Notes: a model not told the origin generated them from the sequence alone. Positions 30,701 to 39,653 are shown, counted from the stretch's first letter. The stretch: 64,000 nt of DNA from Nitrospirota bacterium (GCA_963721805.1 CAVRJY010000004.1:32001-96000), one strand, 5' to 3'. Made by a program: numbers and translations.

Positions 30701-33598
30701 GTTGTACGAAACCGCCACGCCCCATGCGCCGTTCATGCCCGGATCCATCGAACCGTCGAGCTTCCTGACCTCGTACTTCCAGTCAGCGGCGGTGTAGTCG
30801 CCGAGGACCTTGCCCGTGGCCGGAGTAAACGGAAGGCCGAAGGTGTAGACCGTGCCAGAGCTGTCCGTCGTGCTGCCGGTGACCTGGCGGACGTACCTGG
30901 TGTTCTTTACGGTGGCGTCACCCGAGGTGGACTCCATTACGATCAGGTAGCCCTTCCACTGGTCGGCAACCCAGCCGGTAGCGGCCAGCGTCCTGCTGGT
31001 GTCAGTCAGCGAAAGCGAATCGCCTGCAACCGTAACGGCCTCGTGGCGCGGTGCGATCTGCGTGCCGTGGACGTTGTGGCAGTCTGCGCAGGCTACGAAC
31101 CTGGTGCCGGCGGGGTTGACCGCGGCCTCTGCCCTGTCAATCGAGTTGACGATGCGGTTGGTGGCGTACGCGCCGCCGACCGGGTGGCCGGAGGCGTACG
31201 AGCCGAGGCCGTTGTTGCTGGCCGAGGCGTTCAGGAGCGCCGAGACGTCCGGAGCTTCGTTGCCGAGGTAAAGCTCGGTCCCGGTGCTGTGGCATGCTAC
31301 GCAAGCCGAATCGGGAGCCGAATCAGAATCAGTGTTGATCAGCAGCGACTCGTTAGAGGACTGGTGGGGCGAGAACTTGAACGAACCGTTCTGCGCGCCG
31401 ACAGCGCTTGCCTGCTGGTCGTTGTGGCACTTCACGCAGACCGCACCGAAGTACGATCCGTCGGTGAAGCTGCTGCCGACCTTGTACATGTGGACCGCGC
31501 CAACCTGTGTGGCGTTGGTCACTTCGATCGCCGGCAGCGTGTGGCTGTTGCCGACAACTTCGTTCTGGTGGCAGCTGAGGCAGAAGCCGCCGCCGGAGGT
31601 ATTGTAATCAGAGTTCACGAGCGACGACGAATCCACATAAGAGGTCGCGTTCGTGGCGCGCAGGTTGTACGCGTTGCCGTCTCCGCTGCTTGCGTTGTCA
31701 TTGTGCTTCGCGTGACAGTTCAGGCATGAAGTCTCAAACGCGGTGGGGTATGCATCGCTGCTGTACGCAGCCGGTGCGATGTGCCTGTGCGTGCCGGACG
31801 CCATCCTCGTGACGATGTCGGAGTGACAATCGTTACAGGAGGCGCTCTGCGCGGTGGCGCCGCTGCCGTTCCATATCGCGGTGCCGGCCTGGTCGGAACC
31901 TATGCCGGTGCCTGCGTGGCAGGAGACGTTCGAACAGTTCGACGGGCTGCCGGTAGCCGTGAAGGTGACCGGCATCTGGACGCCTGCGGAGTTCGCGAAG
32001 GTGCCGCCAGCCAGTAAGGTCTTGACGCCGTTTACGTGGTTGGCGCCGGCCGCGAGGTCGGCGTCACTTGACGGGTCAGCGACGTTATTGACCGTTGCGG
32101 CGTGGCAGTTGTAGCACTTGATGCCGCTGTTGCTCATAAGGTGAACGGTGTGGGTCTTCGACATCGCTGACGGGTCTGCCTTGTTGCCGTGGCAGCTCGT
32201 GCAGTCGCTGATGGAGCCGGTGAACCAGTCCTTCGGCGCGTAAGCATTAGCCGCGTCGATAGGCGCTGCGTTAGAGTGGCAGTACAGCGTGGTGCAGGTG
32301 TCGTCAGCGCCGCCAGCGGTCATGCCGGCGACGGTGAAGCCATTTGCGTTCCACGTACCGGGGTTGAACTGGCCGGTGCTGAGCTTGGAAGCGGGCATGC
32401 CCGCCGTCGTGCCGTTGAAGTTGACCTCTATGACGTTATCGCCAAAATTGGAGTTCGGCATGCCACCCGTGTGGCACATGTCGCAATTGGCTGAGCCATA
32501 CTTGTCAACGTGCGTTACGTGTGCGCCGGCGCTCGCAGCGCCGGTCGTGTTGGTGGTGCCACCGACGTCCGTATTGACCAGCGATGCGACGTTGGTCGGC
32601 GGTTTGCCGTGGCAGTCGGTACAACCGGCCACGAAGCCGCGAGCGGGATCCTTGTGACAGCCGGTGTTGCCGGTGCCCCAGCAGGTCGCGCTGTCGGAAG
32701 TCGCATGCGCAGCTTCGGTTGCGGCGGTGACTTTAGAAGTATCGTAGTCAGCGCCACTGCCGCCCGGCTGTGCGGCCGCGATCTCGTAGCCTATGTTGTT
32801 GGCTGCGGTCTCGGTGTGGCAAACGACGCAGACTGAGGTCGTCTTGTTACCGGTGGAAACCTCGGAATACGGGCCGGTCTCGTTGAGGAACTTGACGTTC
32901 GCCCAGTTGCCCGATATTACGTCGCCATTAGAGTTGACCACAGGGACGCCCCTGTTGATCTGGGTCCTGACGAGCTTCGTGTCGCTGATCGCGTACGAGT
33001 GGCCTGCGGCGACATAGGGCGACTTGATCCACGTGCCATCGCCTTCAACGTTGATGACGCTGAGGTTGTTCGTGGCGATCCTGTAGAAAGTGCCGGAGTT
33101 CGTCAAAGCGGTGCTCAGGCCGAACTGGATCGTCATGCCGACGAGCGAACCCGAGGCATAAGAACCGCTGACCGTGACGGAATTCGTGCCGGCCCCGTTG
33201 GCGGCCATCGTGCCGTTAAAGAGCGCGGAACCGCCGGAGACGTACGTGCCGTTATACAGCCTGGCCTGCGACATCGAGTGCGGGTCGTGGCAATCGACGC
33301 ACTCCCTCGACCACGATCCGAACCTGTCGGCGGCGTTCGTCGAGGAGTGAGTCACCATCGCATCAGCCGGGCCGCCCGAATAGTGGCACGACGTGCAAAC
33401 CTGGTTAAGAGGCGTATTGTCTATACCGCCATAGCTCGGAGTATTCTGCGCAGTATTATTGTGACATGCCTGGCAGCTTCCGACCATAGAATGCGGCGGG
33501 TCTAGCGCGAGGGCGATCCCGGCAAAGCCGAGCGCTGCGACTAGGGAAAAGACCGTGAGCAGAATCAGCCTTTTCATGTTGAACCGATTTCCCGACAT
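27725..33598 (-). CDS. Giant secreted multiheme cytochrome c (~1957 aa, ~21 heme sites)
   Basis: Signal peptide; hand count of 18 CXXCH, 2 CX4CH (CTTLYCH, CSNVSCH) and 1 CX7CH; S/T/G/A-rich non-heme inserts; GGGGGA RBS before ATG 33598. Confidence 0.93.
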   Translation of the reverse strand: MSGNRFNMKRLILLTVFSLVAALGFAGIALALDPPHSMVGSCQACHNNTAQNTPSYGGIDNTPLNQVCTSCHYSGGPADAMVTHSSTNAADRFGSWSRECVDCHDPHSMSQARLYNGTYVSGGSALFNGTMAANGAGTNSVTVSGSYASGSLVGMTIQFGLSTALTNSGTFYRIATNNLSVINVEGDGTWIKSPYVAAGHSYAISDTKLVRTQINRGVPVVNSNGDVISGNWANVKFLNETGPYSEVSTGNKTTSVCVVCHTETAANNIGYEIAAAQPGGSGADYDTSKVTAATEAAHATSDSATCWGTGNTGCHKDPARGFVAGCTDCHGKPPTNVASLVNTDVGGTTNTTGAASAGAHVTHVDKYGSANCDMCHTGGMPNSNFGDNVIEVNFNGTTAGMPASKLSTGQFNPGTWNANGFTVAGMTAGGADDTCTTLYCHSNAAPIDAANAYAPKDWFTGSISDCTSCHGNKADPSAMSKTHTVHLMSNSGIKCYNCHAATVNNVADPSSDADLAAGANHVNGVKTLLAGGTFANSAGVQMPVTFTATGSPSNCSNVSCHAGTGIGSDQAGTAIWNGSGATAQSASCNDCHSDIVTRMASGTHRHIAPAAYSSDAYPTAFETSCLNCHAKHNDNASSGDGNAYNLRATNATSYVDSSSLVNSDYNTSGGGFCLSCHQNEVVGNSHTLPAIEVTNATQVGAVHMYKVGSSFTDGSYFGAVCVKCHNDQQASAVGAQNGSFKFSPHQSSNESLLINTDSDSAPDSACVACHSTGTELYLGNEAPDVSALLNASASNNGLGSYASGHPVGGAYATNRIVNSIDRAEAAVNPAGTRFVACADCHNVHGTQIAPRHEAVTVAGDSLSLTDTSRTLAATGWVADQWKGYLIVMESTSGDATVKNTRYVRQVTGSTTDSSGTVYTFGLPFTPATGKVLGDYTAADWKYEVRKLDGSMDPGMNGAWGVAVSYNPAAAMTTAPSNDTVALNYSGTSSSITNGANALTVVTGTFSSTTNLRGMSLIINTGTCGATATAGGTQYPILDSDATTVTLPSFTACTPAAGNGYQILDVNNNVVESGNCSATAVKDPTDAEMITGQAQESISTGVSGCSDPTKDWAFSQWSGYKLHWTSGACATANRDEIIDWNLSNGVAFAQKTSATCAPSTGDVYLVAATGLASDTFADPSAATYTVKAAATNQRDVCVKCHSYYAFGNTPPDLVSGGPNKGNATWEGKGTDIAQEFNPNNLAHHAVYAVGQNQPLPTDGSKLGDASAGRMNTISRVAGTFAANLNPQWYGAGLTWNGSASGGTVTLTGQKLPNNALPGWYVRESDGTWYQITQIIDDSTFKAASTDGNPWDTGASAIPDGTVNMVTPGLGDTFVPPYGPWAQINCSDCHGGSPEDPQGPHVSDNRWIMKDADTELRFEAMDTINVDGTHATMAPGVTIVKYGVQSGTRPGAGTTVAENDDTEMLPQYLCYNCHRADVYGTAEDEGSSQTENFSASGLTGDFNSPYDYKWGPRNNKLSRQPHGATTMYGTAHCYVPTTKFAGWGIFCKECHLGEREGAVHGTNAQNQLPASWMNTPSDPGYDSNPIAAERPTCIDNGAFNNTSCTSTGTLSVAASYGGDHSLAGFSFKFNEDTDNNCYATSPVILDNIGQTVYFTSVDTAKAACTTANGVTFNLYARGMINATTGDYTGVATIGSGTCVSAAAGVCNTTSLGTGTLNQFAGDVIQFTNGTCNGVSTVVSASTAGATPKLSVATAPATSCKPRSAGYADKGLIALASGFSACENTSTGNQIYNCTDPSKNFGGGANALAGKYIGVVSTSDPVNCSGASLQITGNGVANLLVDSSTGNVTTCNVSKVVNYVMVGANRPNLYQGGHVSKNQGKRFLNGGGWSGVNPVTATTAVDRNGTSYQGSCYSTPITNNNVSNCGSAHGPATPTSRAASAGHGGTTTYANPATYDYDAN

Positions 33599-33615
33599 GA
33601 TCCAGTATCCCCCTT

Positions 33616-36360
33616 TCACTGTGCTACCACCTTCCCAATGGACACTCTGGTTCCATCAATTTTCTTCTCGGCCTTGCTGCCGAACGGCTTGAAGGACTTC
33701 AGCGACTTGCCGCTGTTGCCCTTGATCTGAAGTATCGTGACCTTGGCGTTTGCGGTCGTGTTAGGCTGGCCGATCACTACCTCGGCCTTCGCGTCGCCGT
33801 TTACGTCGCCGGCCGCTATCGAGACGTTCTTGCCCTTTGCTGCGTTGTTGCCGGAGCTGACCGTGAAGTGGTGCTTCACGACGTTGTCCGACGTAAGCAT
33901 CTGAATCAGGGCCGAGTTCTTGTGGGTGCTCGGCACGGTCGAGGCTATGATGAGAGGCATGCCGAGGCCGTCCACGTCGCCGACTGCGAGCTGAACGCCG
34001 TCAACGGTCGGGCCGAGGTCGACTGCATCGGAGCTGGAAACCGTCCATGAGCCGGGGCCACCTGACGTATCGACCCAGCTGATTATCGCCTCAGGCGTTG
34101 TGTTAGCTCCGGACGCGCATGCGGTGATGATCTCGGGGATGCCGTCGCCGTCAACGTCGCCGGCCGCTACCGAGGTGCCGGCGGTGCCACAGCCGCTATC
34201 GTAAGTGCCATCGAACTGGTTGACATACGTATCGCTGCCGCTAGAGGTCGGCGAATAAACTGCGTACTCGCCCGAACCGTCAGGCGCATCGCCAAGGACG
34301 ATATCGGAGAGGCCGTCCAGGTCGAAGTCCGCAGTGGCTACCGAGCCGGTATTGCCGCTGAACGCCGCGATGTAGGTGTCGAAGTCAGCCATACCGGTGT
34401 CTTTGTATGCGTTGGTCCCGTCGCCGTCCACGTTGGCCACGATCAGGTCCGCAGTCAAGTCAGGATTGCTCGTGTTCATGATGCCGGCCGAGGTAGTATA
34501 GCCGGTGGTCGTGTCGCCTACGCAGTAGTCAACCACTGCGTATGCGGCCTGCTGTATGCCCTTCGCGCTGAAGGCCTTGATCGTCTGGGTGGCTGCGCAC
34601 GGGCCGACGCCCTCGCTGACGATGATCTGGTTGGTCTGCTTCATGCTCTGGTACGTGCCGTTTACGCTGAGCGCGCCGCCGTCAGCCAGCGTCTGGGTGA
34701 CCGGGGCGGGCGTCTTGTAGCCCTTGACCGCGTTAAAGGCTACGGTGTAGGTGCCGGCGCCGACCGTAAAGGACTTGCTGCCGGAGCCCGTCATCGTGCC
34801 GTTAGGGCCGGTGATGGTGTAGCTGGCGCCCGCGACGTTGGTAGTTACGTTGATCGCCGCGCCGACCACAACGGTCAGCTTGACGGGTACGACGACCGTA
34901 TCGGCGCTGCAGCCTGCCGCTATGGTGATGTTCGCGGTGTAGATGCCGGTGGCCATGCCGGCCGAGTTAGCCGATACGTTCATGGTGCCGCTGGTGGTAC
35001 CGCTGGCGGGCGAGATCTGTACCCAGCCCTGGTCAGCCGTGGCGGTCCATGATGCGTCGGTGCCGAGCGTGAGGGTCAGGGGTGCGGTCGTGCTCGATAC
35101 GCTGTTGGCGCCGAGGTTGATCGCCTTGGGCGATGCGCTGATCCCTACCGAGGAGGCTACGTTAACCGTGACGGCCACCCTTACGGAGGCGCCGGGGCCG
35201 CTGACGGTGATGTGGCCGGTGTGGCTGCCGGCGGTGAGGCCGGTGGTGTTAAGCGAAACGCCGACGCTGTCGGTGCCGGAGCCGTTGATCGAGCCTGAGG
35301 TTGCGTCCGGCACGATCCAGGCTGAATCGGAAGAGAGGGTCCATGCGAGGGAGCCGCTTCCGTTGTTCGCTATATAAAGGTTCTGAGAGCCGGTGCTCGA
35401 GCTGCAGCCTACGCTGCTGAAATCGAGTGCGGCGGGCGTCACGTTAAGAGCGGTGTAGGCGTCGACGCCAAGGACTGCGACCGCGCCGGGCTCCGCTACG
35501 AGGAGCCTTCCGTCAGTCCCGATAGCCATGCCGTCGGCCTGTCCGTTCTGGGTGATCGCCGCGAGGTCGAACCTGCCGAGGTATGCGCCGGTGGCGTCAT
35601 AAACCTGGAGCTCGCCGCCTGAAGCATCACTTACGTAGATCCTGCCCTGTCCGTCGACCGCTGCGCCGCCGGGGGCGCTCACTACCGCTGCGCCGGAATC
35701 AAGCGGGCCGTTTGAGAAGAGAGTCGCCTTAAGCGAGCCGTCGCTTGCGAAGACCTGCCCCCTGGAGCCGAGGGTGGCGCCGTCGCCGAGGACCACCGAG
35801 GGCCTGTCGAGCACGACGACGTCGCCGGTGGCGGAGACCGCAACCGCTGCGGGCGCACTTACCGACGTGATGCTCATCAGCAGCGCCTTGCTGTTGATGT
35901 CGTATATCCTGACCGCGTTAGCGGCGGAATCGGCCACGTACACCTTCGCCGCATCAACGGCTATGGATGATACGGACTTCAGGCCGCTGCCGAGCGCGAC
36001 AGAGGTTCCGAGGTTTGCGTCATAGACCTTTACAGCGCCGGTAGCGACGCCGCTCGTGCCGCTTGAGAGGCCTACATATACCTTACCGCTTGCGTCAACT
36101 GCCACCGCAAACGGAGTAAGGCTCCTGTCAGGGACCATTCTCTTGATGAAATTACCCTGATACCCGAACACGTCGACGGACTTGTTATACCAGTCCGCGA
36201 CATATGCGTTGCCGCTGGATGCCACGGCAACGTCAGCGGCCTTGAAATTCTGGCCGTTTGACATCGTCCCCAGACTGGAGATCTGAGGTAGCGAAGCAGC
36301 CATTGCCGCGCTCGCAAACAGCATGATGAGACCGAAGACCAGCAAGACCTTAAATTTCAT
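33616..36360 (-). CDS. Secreted NHL beta-propeller + BACON-like Ig domains + FG-GAP repeat protein
   Basis: Signal peptide; NHL blades (VAVDASGKVYV, GRIYVSD); WTLSSDSAWI / WTATADQGWV; GDVDGDGIPEII, GDVNGDAKAEVV. Confidence 0.85.
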   Translation of the reverse strand: MKFKVLLVFGLIMLFASAAMAASLPQISSLGTMSNGQNFKAADVAVASSGNAYVADWYNKSVDVFGYQGNFIKRMVPDRSLTPFAVAVDASGKVYVGLSSGTSGVATGAVKVYDANLGTSVALGSGLKSVSSIAVDAAKVYVADSAANAVRIYDINSKALLMSITSVSAPAAVAVSATGDVVVLDRPSVVLGDGATLGSRGQVFASDGSLKATLFSNGPLDSGAAVVSAPGGAAVDGQGRIYVSDASGGELQVYDATGAYLGRFDLAAITQNGQADGMAIGTDGRLLVAEPGAVAVLGVDAYTALNVTPAALDFSSVGCSSSTGSQNLYIANNGSGSLAWTLSSDSAWIVPDATSGSINGSGTDSVGVSLNTTGLTAGSHTGHITVSGPGASVRVAVTVNVASSVGISASPKAINLGANSVSSTTAPLTLTLGTDASWTATADQGWVQISPASGTTSGTMNVSANSAGMATGIYTANITIAAGCSADTVVVPVKLTVVVGAAINVTTNVAGASYTITGPNGTMTGSGSKSFTVGAGTYTVAFNAVKGYKTPAPVTQTLADGGALSVNGTYQSMKQTNQIIVSEGVGPCAATQTIKAFSAKGIQQAAYAVVDYCVGDTTTGYTTSAGIMNTSNPDLTADLIVANVDGDGTNAYKDTGMADFDTYIAAFSGNTGSVATADFDLDGLSDIVLGDAPDGSGEYAVYSPTSSGSDTYVNQFDGTYDSGCGTAGTSVAAGDVDGDGIPEIITACASGANTTPEAIISWVDTSGGPGSWTVSSSDAVDLGPTVDGVQLAVGDVDGLGMPLIIASTVPSTHKNSALIQMLTSDNVVKHHFTVSSGNNAAKGKNVSIAAGDVNGDAKAEVVIGQPNTTANAKVTILQIKGNSGKSLKSFKPFGSKAEKKIDGTRVSIGKVVAQ

Positions 36361-36603
36361 GGTGCCCTCCGACTTTTATACCCATAGATTTATCAGGAAA
36401 AGACACGAGGCTGGCGGACGATGGCGCGCCAAACCTGATGCCGTCCATGGCGAGCCCTCTCCTCTTCGTCTCCTGCATTTTCCTTTTCTTCCTTTCCTTG
36501 TTTGTCCGGCTCCGGCCCATCCGCTGCGCCTTCTCAGGTCCGCCGCTGCGATGAGGCATCGCCTTCTGTTTTATACGTATCGGGCATTAACCCGGTTATA
36601 TTC

Positions 36604-37533
36604 CTACTTTATATGACACGCGGTGCAGAGGGCGCTGTCGTTATTGCTCGTGACCAGGAACGGGAAGGTCCCCACTGTCTTGTCGCCCTGATTGTGCACG
36701 TCGTGACAGGTCTCGCACTCTAGGCTCGTCCCCTCGCCGCCCGCGGGACTGTAAAACAGCCTGATGCCGACGCCCTCGGGAAGAGACGTGTCATTTGGCG
36801 AGTTGAAATAGCAGAACTTTGCGCCGGAAGCGCAGCCCCCCGCGGCCGAATGGAATTCACCGGGGTACTTGGCCGTCATGGTCGCGGTGAAATCTATGCT
36901 GATCGGATGGTCGTTGCTGAGATCGACCTTCTGGTTGTCGTTGCCGCCGGAGTAGTTGTACCTGTCGCCTATGTCCGGGTTGATCACCGCGGCGCCATAC
37001 GCCTGGCTGCCGATCGTCGTCACCGTGGTGGTGCCCATCGGATCGAGAGTCGGTCCGCCGGCCTCTTCAGCGTCAAGCGGTTTGGTAACGAGACTGTTCA
37101 GAGCCCCGACGCCGTCATGGCAGCTCAGGCAGAGCAGGGAATACATCCTGACTTCGCCGGAACCGGCCTGATACGTAGGAGAGGTATACAGCACATAGTT
37201 AGTTGCGTTGGACAGCTGCCTGTTCCACAGCAGCATGCTGCCGCCGCCACCGGTTAGACTGTTGCCGATCGAGGTGATCGTATTGAGGTTGCCTCCCTCG
37301 CCCCCGCTATTCTGAATATAGCTGAGCGGACCAACATTCGTGTTCGCGCCGTGCGGCGTGTGACAGAAGACGCAGACTTCTACTGTGTCGTACGAATTTT
37401 TCTGCCCATCGAAGCTCAAATCGTGCAGCGATCCAACGACTCCTCCGAGTGCTATCACGCTCGATAGCGTCAAAACACTCACCCCTACCAATACTGCCGT
37501 GATGATTTTGCTGACTTTTCTTTTGACTTTCAT
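36604..37533 (-). CDS. OmcE-like tetraheme cytochrome c (candidate nanowire subunit)
   Basis: HDLS, VCVFCHTPH, LLWNR, CLSCHDG, DLSNDHP, LECETCH, FL...LCTACH, in the order recalled for Geobacter OmcE; GGAGGTGA RBS. Confidence 0.85.
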   Translation of the reverse strand: MKVKRKVSKIITAVLVGVSVLTLSSVIALGGVVGSLHDLSFDGQKNSYDTVEVCVFCHTPHGANTNVGPLSYIQNSGGEGGNLNTITSIGNSLTGGGGSMLLWNRQLSNATNYVLYTSPTYQAGSGEVRMYSLLCLSCHDGVGALNSLVTKPLDAEEAGGPTLDPMGTTTVTTIGSQAYGAAVINPDIGDRYNYSGGNDNQKVDLSNDHPISIDFTATMTAKYPGEFHSAAGGCASGAKFCYFNSPNDTSLPEGVGIRLFYSPAGGEGTSLECETCHDVHNQGDKTVGTFPFLVTSNNDSALCTACHIK

Positions 37534-37561
37534 AAAATGCTCACCTCCGTGCCTTAGTAAT

Positions 37562-37579
37562 ATGCAATGCCCATGCCAG
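37562..37579 (-). promoter_or_regulatory. sigma54 (-24/-12) promoter of the OmcE-like gene
   Basis: Minus strand CTGGCATGGGCATTGCAT = GG-N10-GC consensus, about 30 nt before the ATG. Confidence 0.85.
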
Positions 37580-37591
37580 AGCTTTTCATGC

Positions 37592-38704
37592 TCACGGCCA
37601 TTCCTTCTTATCAACGCCGCCCCTCCAGTGTTCCGCGCCGTGGCAGTTCAGGTAGCACTTGGGCCATCCGGTGCCGTAGGATGGGAAATAAAACGGCCCC
37701 GAGCTGTTCGTAGACGGCCTGACTATGGTTGAGTTGAACGCTATCAGGTTGTCGTACCTCTGGGTGCCATGCGAGGCGTGGCAGGTAAAGCACGAGGTCT
37801 GTTTGGCTACTATATGATAGCTATGCCGCTTGAAGCTCTTGTCGCTGAGGATCGAGGTGCGCTGGTGGCACATATAGCAAAGCTCGTATGCGCGTTCGGT
37901 CTCGGGCCCGTCGTCGGTCCTGTATGGCGCGACCAGCAGCGGGGCGGAGCCGGACCCGTGTGGCCCCTGGGGGCCGTACCTGTCGTCATTGCCGTGGCAG
38001 TCAGTGCATGTGACGGTAGACGTCGGCCTCAAAGTTGGGATGAGGCTCGGCACGTCGCCGTTTTTCCCGACGGCCTCCACCGGGTGGTATGAGGCGTTAT
38101 CCGGGTTGAAATCCACCGCGATATTTCGCGTAGTGGAAGGCAGGTTGGCGCTGTCGGAATGGCAATTATAGCAAAGCTCATATTCATATGAGGCCCTCTT
38201 CAGCCGGAGCCCCTGCGGTTCGCTCCCCCTGCCCATCCCGCGCTTATCCGGCCTGTACCCCGAGACTCCCGCAAGCGGCGAGGCCTCGCTCGAGACATGC
38301 ACAACATGGCAGTCCACGCACGTCACATGCCTCGGGGCCATCGTGGAGTCCTCGGGCAGCACCTCGTCCATGCGGTGGAACCGGGACGTCTCCAATATAG
38401 GATGGTGGGAGGGCTTGATCAGCGTGCTTTTTATGTCCGCCTTGGCCTTGCCCTTCGGGCCGTGGCAGCCCAGGCAGACCTTGCCCCATGACGCGCGGAG
38501 CATCGGGGTGCCGCGCTTTCCAACCCCTGCATGGCAGCCGGCGCACCCGGCCGGGTTCACCCGCTTGTCCATATGGGACAGCAACATCGTGGTATGGGTC
38601 TTGCGCACCGCGCGCTGCAGGATCGGAGCCCTGGCCGCCGCGCCGCCAGCGGACAGCGCCGAGAGGGCGAGGAAGGCCAGGGCCGGGACAACGGCCCAGC
38701 GCAT
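37592..38704 (-). CDS. Octaheme cytochrome c
   Basis: Signal peptide; CAGCH, CLGCH, CVDCH, CYNCH, CTDCH, CYMCH, CFTCH plus CYLNCH (CX3CH). Confidence 0.9.
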   Translation of the reverse strand: MRWAVVPALAFLALSALSAGGAAARAPILQRAVRKTHTTMLLSHMDKRVNPAGCAGCHAGVGKRGTPMLRASWGKVCLGCHGPKGKAKADIKSTLIKPSHHPILETSRFHRMDEVLPEDSTMAPRHVTCVDCHVVHVSSEASPLAGVSGYRPDKRGMGRGSEPQGLRLKRASYEYELCYNCHSDSANLPSTTRNIAVDFNPDNASYHPVEAVGKNGDVPSLIPTLRPTSTVTCTDCHGNDDRYGPQGPHGSGSAPLLVAPYRTDDGPETERAYELCYMCHQRTSILSDKSFKRHSYHIVAKQTSCFTCHASHGTQRYDNLIAFNSTIVRPSTNSSGPFYFPSYGTGWPKCYLNCHGAEHWRGGVDKKEWP

Positions 38705-38727
38705 ACATTTATTATAGAGCCCCTCTC

Positions 38728-39650
38728 TCATGGGCATGGCTTGTGGCAGGCGTCGCACAGCTGGTCGAACCCGATCACGAGGAATTTGTAGCCCTCGACC
38801 TGAGGGTCGGTGGTATCGGTCCACAAATGCGGGTCGTGGCAGGTGGAGCACTGAACGCCATAATAATATCCGGGAGCATAGCCGGGGAAAGCCCCGGGGC
38901 CGTCGACGTCGTTGACCATTACGCCGGGGCTCCCGTCATACAGGAAGTTGGTAGGCCGCAGGTACACGTGGCTCGCCTGAGAGTTGACCATGCTCAGGTC
39001 AAACGGGTAGCGCACCATCGTAGTCTGCCCGCCCACGGCGCAGTTGGCGAGGCTGTCGGCAATGAGCCTTGAGTTCATCGGGATCGAGACGACGTGCTTG
39101 TTGGTCAGGTCGGTGCCTATGTATGAGGGGCACGTGGCCTTGATCCTGCCGGTGGAATCTATGCAGTCGTCGGCGTTCATCTTTATAGGGCCCGTTGACT
39201 GCTCTGAGGCGCTTACGCTTACTATGTCGCCTACGGCCAGCGTCCCGTCATGGCAGCTCAGGCACATGCGCGAGGTCCCGTCCGGGTGGCTCGGGGGGTC
39301 CGAAAGCAGGGTGCCATACCCGGCATTGCTAATGGTCCCCTTCGGCAATACAGTGTACTGCGCGTCCGAAAGCCTGTGGTTCCAAAGCGGGCCGTTGACG
39401 AGCACGGTATTCGTGATGGCTGTGTGGGGCGTATGGCAGAATATGCATATCTGGGTCTCGGATTGCGCCCTGACCCCGGATGAGTTCGCGGATAGGTTAT
39501 GCGGGTTATTGTATGCGGTGACGTTGCCGACTCCCATAAGGACGGCCTCGGCGTCCCGGTTCATAACGACCAATGCCGCAACTATGAGGATGCCGGCCAG
39601 CAGCATGACGGCGGCCATAATGCCGGCGCTTTTTTCTCAGCCAGTTTCAT
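38728..39650 (-). CDS. Second OmcE-like tetraheme cytochrome c (true start probably 39650 with a 1-nt deletion in an A6 run; open frame starts 39618)
   Basis: HNLS, ICIFCHTPH, PLWNH, CLSCHDG, DLTNKH, CSTCH, CDACH; GGAGGTGA RBS precedes ATG 39650. Confidence 0.83.
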
Positions 39651-39653
39651 ACC

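Noticed and set aside
25845..31729. Long antisense ORFs (e.g. 25845-27434, 28745-30064, 30233-31729) and similar ones elsewhere
   Set aside because: Shadow frames of GC-rich genes, Arg/Gly-rich with no recognisable motifs
36427..36443. sigma54-like CGGCATCAGGTTTGGCG upstream of the NHL/FG-GAP gene
   Set aside because: The -12 element is GG at the correct spacing; weak match
36361..36603. Possible riboswitch (e.g. cyclic dinucleotide type) in intergenic regions of the cytochrome cluster
   Set aside because: I could not recognise the conserved motif by eye here or in 45042-45527; an Rfam scan is needed
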